Part shown: in pieces, positions 1-14,012 of the stretch | Layout: each line of letters starts with the position of its first letter | How positions within the stretch are numbered: the first letter of the stretch is position 1 | From: Takakia lepidozioides | Taxonomy: Eukaryota > Plantae > Bryophyta | Direction: 5' to 3' | Assembly (NCBI GenBank): GCA_030704615.1 | Contig: CM060731.1 | Coordinates: forward strand, 35,154,001 to 35,218,000 | DNA: 64,000 bases | Position numbers and translations under genes: made by a program | Notes under the pieces: model-generated | Told to the model about the DNA's origin: nothing | Seen by the model: the letters and a program-made list of their open reading frames with translations, nothing else | Databases searched by the model: none

Positions 1-87
1 CACCCCCACTTGAATGGATTCTAGAAACTTAGCCTGGTTGGAGTTATCAACCCATATTGCAGATGCGTACTCCAAGACAGGTCTAAC
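1..87 (-). mobile_element. 5'-truncated LINE copy (runs off window start)
   Basis: 1-87 is a near copy of 1002-1088 (RT C-terminal region of the adjacent LINE); separated from the next copy by a GA-rich tract (89-101). Confidence 0.85.
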
Positions 88-102
88 AAGGAGAGAGAGA
101 AA

Positions 103-2763
103 TTGTACTCATAAGACGTTGTTTGCCGTAGCCTTGTGGCCATTGACCCCGCGCCCAGTTTGAGCGGGAACAAAAGGGACAGAACCTACCTCTGTCAGGG
201 GCTGACGTTGGTAGTGTGACTTACCATCATCTATAGAATTAATCCGGGTTTTCCAGATATCCTCTAGAAATCCCTTCACACAAGCATCAATCTGCGGTGT
301 GTGATTTGCCCAAAAACTAGGCCTCAGGAGGGCTTGGGCTTTTGGCTCAGCCTCGAGACTTTCAAAGTTGTTAAACAGGGTACAGGCACAATTCCCTTGA
401 TAGAATTGAAGAGAGCGTCTCTTTGGTGAGAGAACCCCGGACAGTGTATCAGAAAGTGAATACTGTCTTCAGATTGCCCACACAGCGGGCAATTGCACCC
501 TCCCTTTCCTCTCTGCTTCTGTTTGCTGTTCAAAGGTAGGCTTCCTGCCCTGAGTTTAAATTTCAGTCTAGTGCCGAGAGTGGGTAGACCCTTGAGGTCA
601 TCCAAGATGTCCTCCCCCATGTCACTGACTGGAAACAAGTTCAGGGAAGTTTTCTGCCGAACTTCATTTTCATCAGACAATCTCATGGCAACAGACATGG
701 CTGAGGACACTACAGCCTCTAAGTCAGATTTATCCAGCAGGGTCAAGACTTGCGGATCCAGGTCCAGGTCCTTGAGAATCTCTTCTACTCTCTTCTGCCA
801 GGACTTAGCCTGTTTGACAGGGCGGTCCTGTTTCCAAGATATAGAGTCGATTAACTTAGGATATCTGGTGTTGGGCATATGTTGCAGCTGACCCCACCTG
901 ACCTTGAATTCTTCTCGTCGGGAGCTTAAGGACGGAATGCCAAACTCACCCCGAACAGCCACATTGGCTGTTTTGGAGCATGCTGACATACACTCCTTAA
1001 GCACCCCCGCTTGAATGGATTCTAGAGACTTAGCCTGGTTGGAGTTATCAACCCATATAGCAGATCCGTACTCCAAGGCAGGTCTAATAACACGACAAAG
1101 CATGGTTTTCTTAACCTCAGAGTTGACCCTTCTGCAGTGGAAAAATTTAGTGAGCCCCAGAGCTTTGCCCTTGCCAGTTTGAACAACTTTCCGGATATGT
1201 GCATCCCAATTACAATTGGAGGAAAACTCAACGCCCAGGTAAGTGTAGGAAGGGAGGACCGGGATCTCTTGGCTACCCCACTGCCACTTAAGATCACTTC
1301 CTCCCTCTCCTCTGTCGTTGAATGCTACCACTGCACATTTGCTGACATTAGCCTCTAGCCCCCAAAGATCAAAGTATCTCTTCGCACAATCAATCAACTC
1401 CTGGAGATTGGTTGGAGTCTCCCCTATGCCTGCGAAGTCATCCGCAAACATAAGGGCTGGAGTGGTATCACCCACCCTTAACCCAAATCCCTCACTTTCC
1501 ACATCCTCGAGGAGTTGATTGATGAAAACATTGACGAGCAGAGGGGAGAGAGTACATCCTTGAGCTACACCTTGGTCTATGTCAAAGAAGTTGGACTTCT
1601 GTCCGTTAACGGTGACACAGCTTTTGGTGTGAGCATACAAGTTGTGGACAACTCTCCACATCTTTCCCTTGATCCCACAAGACCAGAGGCGGAACCATAG
1701 GCCATCTCTCCACACTGTGTCATAAGCCTTTTTGACATTCAGGAAAAACACATAGGTGGGTTTCCCTTCTTTTTTCCTTCCCTGGATAATCTGGCTTAGA
1801 GTGAAGATATGATCCACACAGCCCTTGTTTCGCCGAAAGCCAGCTTGGCCTTCGTGGAAACAACCTCTAGACTCCAGATCAACCTCGAGACGAGTACTTA
1901 TAACTCTGCAGAATGTCTTGCCAACAGCATTGAGGAGCGTGATGCCACGGTAGTTCCCCGGTTCTTCTCTGTCACCCTTCTTGTATAGATTGACAATGAC
2001 CCCCTGTCGCCAGCGAAAGGGGATCATTTCAGTCTTCCAGATAAGGTTAAAGAGGAGAACTAGGGCCTCTATCATGGTGCTTGATAAGCTCGTTGACAAT
2101 ACCATCAGGTCCACGAGCTTTATATCCATTTAAATGTTCAATTGCTTCCACAATCTCAGAAGAACTAATGGGAGCATTATAAGCCATTGAAATATACTCC
2201 AGTTCATCAGGGCTGTTTTGAATCATAGGAACAGTTTTTCCAACTGTGTCCCTCCATTCAGCAGAAGACCCCTCACTGTTAGACCTAGAAGTTCTGCCAA
2301 GGATACTGTAGTGAGTTTCAAAGGTTTTGACAATATCAACCGATGAAGTCACCACTGCACCTTTAGTAGTCTTCAGCGCTTGTACTTGCTGACTGTTTTT
2401 CGGCTTGTACAAACGTTGAAGGGCCAACCAGAATTTCTTGTCATTACCACCATGGTGGTTTGAGTTTATTTCACTGTATAACTTGTCCCAGTATAATTTC
2501 TTCTGAGACCTAACAAGCTGATTGATATCTTTACGGAGCTGGTAGTACCTCACCCACAATTCTCTGTTGGTTTCCAAATTGCAGCACTCTTTATAGAGGG
2601 CTCGTCTCTCAGCTATCTTGAGTTTAATCTCATTGGTCCACCAATTAACTGCTCTACCGCAGACAATTAGTTTCCTCCCAATGATCTTGTCAGCCACGGA
2701 GGAAACAAAACTCTCCCAAGAGTCCACTGCTCTTTCGACTTCATTTCTTGCGTTAACAGAGCG
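103..2763 (-). mobile_element. 5'-truncated LINE (RT + C-terminal Cys/His knuckle), frameshifted
   Basis: ORFs 2047-2727 and 324-2129 carry KGDREEPGNYRGITLL, QAGFR, QGCTLSPLL, MFADD and CPLCG...HFLIHC. Near-identical to about 44915-47576. An 11-bp deletion at about 2076 shifts the frame; the 3' end TTATGAGTACAA abuts (TC)5. Confidence 0.95.
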
Positions 2764-2900
2764 TTAACGGAAGTGGCGTAGTCATAGTCACGTCTGTATC
2801 TTATGACTACAATCACCCAACGAAATGTCGACATGTGGAGAAGAGGATTGTTGTATTCAAAATTCAAACTAAAGTGCTGAAGGGAAAGTGGCGATCTTAC

Positions 2901-5630
2901 CGGAAGAGAACAGCGTTGGAGAAGAGGATCCCTCCCGTGTATCATGTAATGATTCCTCACTGTTTCCAACAACAGTACTTTTCCTCCATGACACTCATCG
3001 CAGTTGCATAGCATTTTTGTATGTCCATTCCTTGTGGCATAAGCTTCTTCCATTCGCCAATTGATTGGGTGTATATTCATAAGATACATATGTAAATATG
3101 ACTGCATCACTACAACGTCACCGTGCCTCCTATGTCATAATATGAACAAGTGTCACATCGTTGTTGGTCCACTCACAAGATGACTATTGGGATGCAGGGA
3201 TGTGAATATTCAGATGATGAAGACAAAGGCCCTGCGGCACAGCGGGAGCCCAATGTCACAGAGAACGCAGATGAGAGTGGTGGATTGGAGGTAGAAATGC
3301 AGCGTGCATTGCAGGAAGCGTTTCTCTTTGCAGATGCAAACAGAGATGACCCCATTCATGGTGGAATCGATCACACATTTGCCGATCATGACGATGATCT
3401 CGACGATTCCAGAGACAATGAATTTGATGAGAATGCTCACATGCACGTTGATCCCGCAATGTCCACTTTTTGAAGGGTGCTCCATCAGCCGGCTGCAAGC
3501 AACTTTGACGTTGCTGAACGCATGCACTACCCACAAGTGCACCAATGCATTTGTGGATGAGCTTCTGGGATTGTTGCGTAAGAGTTTTTTGCCTGAAGAG
3601 AATTCATTGCCGAAAACTCACTATGAAGCAAAAACCATGATTGCCAAGATGGGATTGCAGTACACCATGATTCATGCCGGTGAGCGTGGTTGTGTACTCT
3701 TCCGTGGGGAGTATGAGAATGTAGACATTTGCCCAGTGTGCCGCAGTTCCCGTTACATTCCAGGTCGTGGAAGTGTGCCCAAGAAAGTATTGCGACACTT
3801 CCCTGTCATTCCAAGGTTGAAACGTATGTACCGATGTAAATCGATCGTTAACCTCATGACATGGCACGACAGACATAAGAGCCAGGATGGGTTGGTTCGA
3901 CATCCAGCTGATAGCAAAGCATGGATACACATTGACATCACATTTGCGGATTCTGCTGCAGAGCCACGATCTCTGCGATTTGGATTGGCCTTAGACGGTG
4001 TAAATCCCTACGGAGCTCAATCCACAAGCTGGAGCACATGGCCCGTTCTCTTGGTCAATTACAATCTGCCTCCGTGGTTAATGACCAAAAAGTTCTTTGT
4101 CATGTTAGCGCTACTGATTCCTGGTAAGGAGTCTGTTACCGGACAACGTAGATGTTTACCTGATGCCCCTAGTGGAAGAGCTACTGGAACTATAGAGAGG
4201 GATTGCAGCTCATGATGTTTTTCGTCCTCGTGGTCAACGCGAATTCACACTGAGGGCAGTGTTGATGTGGTCAATCCATGACTACCCTACATATGGCTTG
4301 CTCTCAGGTCAAGTGGCGAAAGGTTATGCTGGTTGTCCAGCTTGTGGACCCGGGGTGACTTCACAGCAGTTACACACATGTGGAAAAATTGTTTTCCTAG
4401 GCCACCGAAGATTTTTGGCCCGCAATCATCCATATAGAAGGTCATGAATGTTCAATGGCGCTACTGAGCATGGAACTCCTCCAAAAACGCAGACTGGAAC
4501 ACAAATCAAGGACCTTGCAACAGCTCGCACTGCATAGGTAGAAAACGGAGGGACGCCAGATAGCAGGACAGACCCAGCAAAAACTCATGGAGTTAAGCGA
4601 TTGTCAATTTTATATGTCTTACCTTATTGGGAGGTAATTCCTTCATGGCCTTTAAATTGGCTGTGTACATTTTTGCGTTTTCTGTTTAAATTGTGATGAG
4701 TAAATGCTCAATTGTTTATGTGTTCATTGTGTAGGGTCTCATCATCCGCCACACGTTTGATGCAATGCATTGCGAGAAGAACTTGGCTGAAAATATTATT
4801 AAAACTATCTTTGATGATAAAGACACATTGAAAGTTCGCCGTGATTTGGAGCTACTTGGGATGCGCCCGGAATTGTGGCTACAACGTGATCCTGACAGAG
4901 CAGATACGTTAATTATGCCTCCTGCCCCTTATGTCCTCACTGAGGCTGAGTTACAAGTCTTTCTGGAGATTGTGCAGAATTTGAAAGTGCCAACAGGCTA
5001 CGCATCAGCTTTCAAAAAGCATGTGGTGAAGAAGAAGTTGTCTGGCATGAAATCACATGACTATCATGTGCTCATGCAGCAAATTATACCGCTTGCTATC
5101 CGTGGGCTCATGCCAAGTGGTCCTCGAAGGGCCATTTTGCGAGTATGTCGTGTATTTAAGAAGTTGTGTGCAAAAGTGGTGAATCTTGTAGAGTATGAGG
5201 AATTGAGAACTGAAGCAGTTCTCACTCTGTGTCTTATAGAGAAGGAGTTCCCACCATCATTTTTTGATGTGATGACACATCTGGTTGTTCACCTAGTGGA
5301 TGAGTTGTACTTATGCGGGCCCGTAGCATCTCGTTGGATATACCCTATGGAGCGGGCAATGAAAGATATGAAGGGCTACGTAAGAAACATGGCAAGGCCC
5401 GAGGGGAGCATGGCAGAAGGATACCAATTTGAAGAAGCATTGGGTTTTTGCACAGAGTATATGGCAGGATTTGATGGAAGTATACGAAGGGTGTGGGATG
5501 CAGATGAGGCAGAATCTGTGGAACGTGAAGTTGTGGAAGGAAGTTCTAAAACCCGAAAATTGAATGACCTGTGTGATATTGTACATGAGTACATCATTCA
5601 GAACCATCCTCATCTGTCAGTCATGTTGGG
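2901..5630 (+). mobile_element. CACTA (En/Spm) Tnp2-family transposase pseudogene
   Basis: PLFEG, LPKTHYEAK, CVLFRGE..CPVC, KVLRHFPVIPRLKR, RHPADSKAW, LALDGVNP, STWPV..YNLPP, HDYP, DAMHCEKN, GMKSHDYH, FPPSFFDVMTHL, YPMER, PEGSMAEGY. Frameshifts near 3465 and 4140, a stop at 4445, an intron at about 4635-4734. The putative exon 1 (2901-about 3055) lies on the minus strand. Confidence 0.92.
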
Positions 5631-5649
5631 GTAAGAAATCTACTTCATT

Positions 5650-5808
5650 TGTGTGAAGGGATGTCTCGAAAACCCGACCTAATTATCTCTACCAAGGTCG
5701 GTCACATTACTGGAGTTAGCCCTTCACAAAGGTAGCATCTATTTCTTTTTGTTCCTCACAAAAAGACACAAGGCTACAACACTGCGCAAACAATGCCTTA
5801 TGAGTACA
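5650..5808 (+). mobile_element. Diverged 3'-end fragment of the same LINE family
   Basis: GTGTGAAGGG..AAAACCCG..CACAAGGCTAC..CTTATGAGTACA aligns with about 47397-47576 and is followed by TTCTCTCT. Confidence 0.75.
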
Positions 5809-5829
5809 TTCTCTCTATATCTGTCAGAC

Positions 5830-5990
5830 CATAGGCTGGCCATCGGAGGGCTAGGCACCTCCATGAAAATCCGTCTAGAGAGTTCAAGAAGCTTGAGACA
5901 GTTCGAGAATTTTTTTCAGCTTTTTGGGTAGTCCGGGCAAGTTCAAACGATGACATGGCACAAAGACACCCTATTCCTGCTCTACGCTAA
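5830..5990 (+). repeat. Dispersed repeat, related copy at about 38140-38396
   Basis: Both loci share ATGACATGGC...CACCCTATTCCTGCTCTACGCTAAA and an upstream CGGGCA.GTT(T)CAAA. Confidence 0.6.
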
Positions 5991-6329
5991 AAAATGTCTC
6001 CCACCTTTGGTTGTTACTAGAATATCAAGACATAAGAAAGAGTAGCACCCGCCCAACCAGACTGGTGAGGAAAACAACAGGAATAATGTAAAAACGGGCC
6101 ATTTCACGGCACTTTGAGGGTTTCAGCAGGTCCTCCAGCAAGCCCCATCAAATCCTCCCCATTAAAAGTTTTAGAGCACTATTGGTTTATAAGTAGTGTT
6201 GAGTAGTTTGCTTGTAAAACAATGGTGATGGTAGCTGTGAGGTACAGGGTTGATTCAAGCTGGATTGTTATGTGATCCCCATTAGTATCACTCGGTCACT
6301 TCCTCTTTGTATTTTTATACTTGGTCAAA

Positions 6330-6620
6330 TTCCATGACTCCATGCTTTTACTTGGACTAGCCAGTTGCCCCTTCCCCTTGCTGTTGAGGCCTCATAGTTT
6401 GAACTCCAGCCTCACACCCGGGCTCCCTGAGTCCCGTCCCACATCTTCATCAAAGGCTACAGATAAGTTCAAAGTGAAGTTGTGTCAAGCATCTGCTTCC
6501 AAGACGATCGATCAATTGAGGAGATTTGACTCATATCCTATTATTTGCCCAGGTTGGTTGTCTTTCCATCACCTCCACATAAACCATCCCCATGATTCGC
6601 CATCTCGCAGTCTGCTTGAA
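6330..6620 (-). mobile_element. Possible old LINE RT C-terminal fragment
   Basis: Minus strand reads ..RLEFKL*GLNSKGKGQL.., resembling RLKFKLRAGSLPLNSKQKQRGKG of the LINE; heavily decayed. Confidence 0.4.
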
Positions 6621-6815
6621 GCTGCTGTTGACATCTTAAAAATGTCACATAGTAGGGAGAGTTTAGGGGTATAACACTCTTCTTGAATTCGAATGTACCC
6701 TCAGTACCTGATCTTTGATGCACCCATCTTGGTCTCGTGGTTCAGCCATGACCTTAATTGTGGCCACTGGCAATCAAAGCTTCAGTATTGTGCAGTGGAC
6801 ATTGTCCAACTGGCA

Positions 6816-8956
6816 TTATTTCTTAGACAATGCTTTCCCCACCCGTTTCACTTTTGGTGGACAATTGTCCATTTTCATATCAGCAGCGATAGCTGGGAGC
6901 CACTCCTCTCCACGCTCCTCCTTCAAGCAAGCTACTCTATCTTCCTCATTCTTGGCTGCCTGTTCATCTTCGGCGGCAGCTGCTTGGGCTGCTGCTAGGG
7001 CTTTTTCCCTTGCTCGCTCTGCCCCTGCTCTTACAGTTTCTCCTGTCACAGCTGCTGCCAGTAGCCCAGCCTGGTGCTGTGATGTCGAGCAGTAACACCG
7101 CAAGCCCTTAGTGCAAGTTTAAGACATCATCTTCCAATAATGTAGGTGTTGAGGGTGAGTCAAGATGCTGAAGTACAATCAAGTACCATATTGTGACCAC
7201 TTTAAGGTCACAAAACCAACCTTCTATAGATTCCCCTCTTCCAGTAGACTGCTTTCCACTCGTCACAAAACTCTCAAGAACAGGCCATCAAAGAGGAACA
7301 TGGAGCAGGAGTATCATCACTGATGCCATTTTTCTTCACTACCCGCTTCCGTTTTGGAGTTTGCTCTACAAAAAGTAAATTGCCCCTGGTGAATCCATCA
7401 TAGTCAATGGAGGACATACGGACTCTTAAATCGCCTTAATCAAAGGTACCAACAATTTTAGAGTTACAAGTACTGGCAGAAACCCCAGCTGCATTAATCA
7501 GGACTAATATGTGTCATGATCATTTTCAGAACTAGCTTGTTTAGATCAGATCCACAGAATTGACCACCTTGTACAAATATCAAACTAGACAACAATGTCC
7601 AGATACAAAAAACATGTAACAACATCCAGCTTGTGATATGGAGGGATTCCCTTTGCCACCTCAGGAATGCATTCAGGAGCAGGGAAGCAATCAGAGAAAT
7701 AAAAGAAGTGCAAAACCTCCTCAATACTTACTGGCAGCCACGGACAGATAGCAAGGAAGCACAGGCATGCTGAAGACACACTGGGTTGGTTGTCATCTGC
7801 GTATAGATGGATATGGCAGAGTTCTGTTGTGTTAGAAGACTGTGTTTCTACTGAGCAGGTGAGTTAAGTTATGGCCAACTATAGCTATTATGATGCCTCC
7901 ACGCAGTGCACATCTACCATACATGTACCAGCACCCATAGCGCAACATACCTGTACTTTTTATCGAAATGTCAGGGGGTGCCCTCTTGAAAAGACAAATT
8001 CCCATGTCACTCCCACCATCATCAACATGACTGCCATGGCATAGCACAGGCTCCCCGCTCAATGCAGATCCATCATCAAAGCTAGCACCTACAGTCTTGT
8101 CTAGATGCTTGTATAGAAGGTCTTGCAACTGCATAGCCATGAGGTGATTTTCATAAATAGAACGAAGTTGACATGGTAATATCCACTTGTAACAAGTGGC
8201 CCCACATTGTTCCAAGAGCATAGGGCAATTGAGTGACGTCTAAGACTACTTTCACATTCAACTCCTTCCATCTCGTACATCTCACCGGCGTGATACTTTA
8301 CTGGCAACGGCCATTAACACCTGCACTCAGTCATCCGGATAGCTACAACAAACAAAGTGGGGACAAGCAGGAGTCAGCAAAAGCAAAGGACTTTATGTTT
8401 AATGCCACAATAGGATGTCTAAAGGGACGCCCAGCGTCCATGTGCCAAGCAGGTATTTAGTTTGCATAGTAGAATAGCTTGCAGCTCGAACAAAAGTATT
8501 CTTGCAACAGCTTCATTTGCAGTACGCCAGTCACTAGTCACAAGCTCTCCACAAACTCTTTGGTGTGGTTGACCTCTAGGGCTACCCAAAGCAGTACTAA
8601 CCACACCTGGACCAGATAATCTACTGGTAAACGTCTGACAGAATTGGACTAAACTCATCTCAAGCACAGAGACCACCTTGCCTGCAGCGATTAAAAACAA
8701 ACCAATGAGGATTTAACCCTACCCGAGTTTGGTACAACTTCAGCCCGCCAATTGTATCCTCACTGTCTTCTTTCTCTGCGTTCGGGCGTCTTCTCCCGGC
8801 AGAGTTAGAAAGTCTGCCATGGCGATTAGATAATTTGACAGACGCATTTTGAACTACAGCCACAGAGTCGATAACCACACTGCGCAATGCAGCCTGGCTG
8901 CCTCGTCCTCGTCTTCCGAAGAACTGCAGCCACCATCCAAACCCATATCTCTCCAC
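6816..8956 (-). pseudogene. Decayed multi-exon host-like gene, possibly CUSTOS (C12orf43)-like
   Basis: Fragments LQDLLYKHLDKTV...DMGICLFKRAPPDI (about 8140-7965) and GLLAAAVTGETV..AREKA..EEDRVACLKEERGEEWLPAIA (about 7070-6880). The family assignment is from memory of motif spacing only; an intact frame could not be built. Confidence 0.3.
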
Positions 8957-9074
8957 TGCGCCTTCTCTAATTAGGGTTCACCAGCAATCTCATTTGCCGA
9001 GTAATAGAAAAGGCCCGGGCGCCCCGGGCGGGTGTGCCTGCGTGGCCCGTCCCTCCCCATTCGCTTGTGGATGC

Positions 9075-9805
9075 AGGCTTGTGGATGTTTGTGCCGACAT
9101 TGTTCACCTTGGGGCAAGATAGAGCAACATCAACAAGTGAAACAAGTCTATGAGGTTCAGCATTTAGCACTTGGCACAATGCTTATTTCGAAACAAAATA
9201 GTCACGGCGGTGCAGCCCCTTGGCCATTACCAGCCATATCTTAGTAGATTTAACCTCGCACTTGTGTACCCAGATTGTGCATTGCTCCAACAATGATGGA
9301 ACTCCTGGTCTTAGAGAACCAATATATCAGGTTTCCGATCAAAATAGGCATCGACTTTCTTGAATAGCTCCTCTCGAGCTTCCCATGATGAAACATCACA
9401 CACCGAGCCTTCCACCTTCAAGCCTGCCTTCCTCCATGACATCAAGCAGTCACTGAGTGTTCTTCTGGGCTTCCACAGGTGACGGACACTCCCTGCTAGC
9501 TCTTCCACAACGGCCTGGCTGCAAGCTCTGAAATCAATTGTATCAGAATAATATTCAGCGGACATCGTGCATCTGTACACTTTGAAGAGCTTTTGCAGTG
9601 GCTTGATTTGTAATGATGTCCATTGTAAAGTTCGAGGCTTCAATTCTTGTCCAAAAACTCTCCATCAGTTCTTTATCCATCAACACAGTGAAGACATCCC
9701 CAGGGCTGGCCAACAGACTCTCAGAAATATGTACTCACTAACCATTCACTGGATCTAGCCTTCAGGACGGGACCTAAACCCTCCTGGCACCGGATGTAGA
9801 TTCAC
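9075..9805 (-). pseudogene. Partial duplicate of the tropinone-reductase-like gene (part of intron 1, exon 2, shortened intron 2, start of exon 3)
   Basis: Aligns with about 11735-12700; [22 protein letters not shown] and VNNVGTNI are present, with deletions and frameshifts in the exon 2 copy. Confidence 0.88.
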
Positions 9806-10602
9806 ATAGCGCTCGTCCACAATCAATTTGCTATAGGAAATTGGGCCCTCCAGATACCTTACAACAACTGAGACATAGGACGGAGTTCAAGCAGTGAAAG
9901 CAACAATGTAAAGAGAAGGGACAAGAGGGGGAGAGAAATGAAATGAAATGAAATGGCACTCTACCGAGAAGGAGAGTGGGGCCCTCCAAAAATAAGCTGG
10001 TCTGCAATCTCATAATATGGCACCTAGAGGAAGGTCTACCCCAAAATCAGACCAAAATTCTAAAAATTGAGATAGATTGCTATGTATGTTAGATTTGGAG
10101 GATCACTTGTCAGATTTTTGCTTCATTCACACACCCATCAGGTAATATTTCCTTTCTAATTCATCTGATAAGTACTTGCACAGTAACATTACCTAGTGTC
10201 ATGTCCAGAAATTTGGACATTATGATTGAGTGTGGTGGCAACAATTGATTTTATTTGAACTTTAAACTTGCCATCCTTAAATGAAGTTCCGCCTTCTTCC
10301 CTGGGCACAATGTGGAGTCTATGAATACCCGTGGGGACGCCCCCATTTTTACAAATGCAGATTTCATCCAGGGCTTGAGTTTGATGTCATAAGCAAAACC
10401 GACTGAATCAACCTTTCAACTTTCCTTTTCTATTCTGTGATATGAATGTATGCTTCTCCCCTGTGGTTTCTACTACAGGCTGTAACAGAAAGGTAGGTCC
10501 ATTCTCATGTACCCATAGATTTGTTCTGAATACCTCCACCAGTTTCATTTATCTGAATCCAACATCAACTCGGATCTCGGTAGCATGCATGCACCAACTT
10601 AG

Positions 10603-14012
<3,410 letters not shown>

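Noticed and set aside
493-1700. Plus-strand ORFs over the LINE (and the equivalent antisense ORFs over 45483-47378 and the PPR gene)
   Set aside because: Antisense shadows of real coding sequence.
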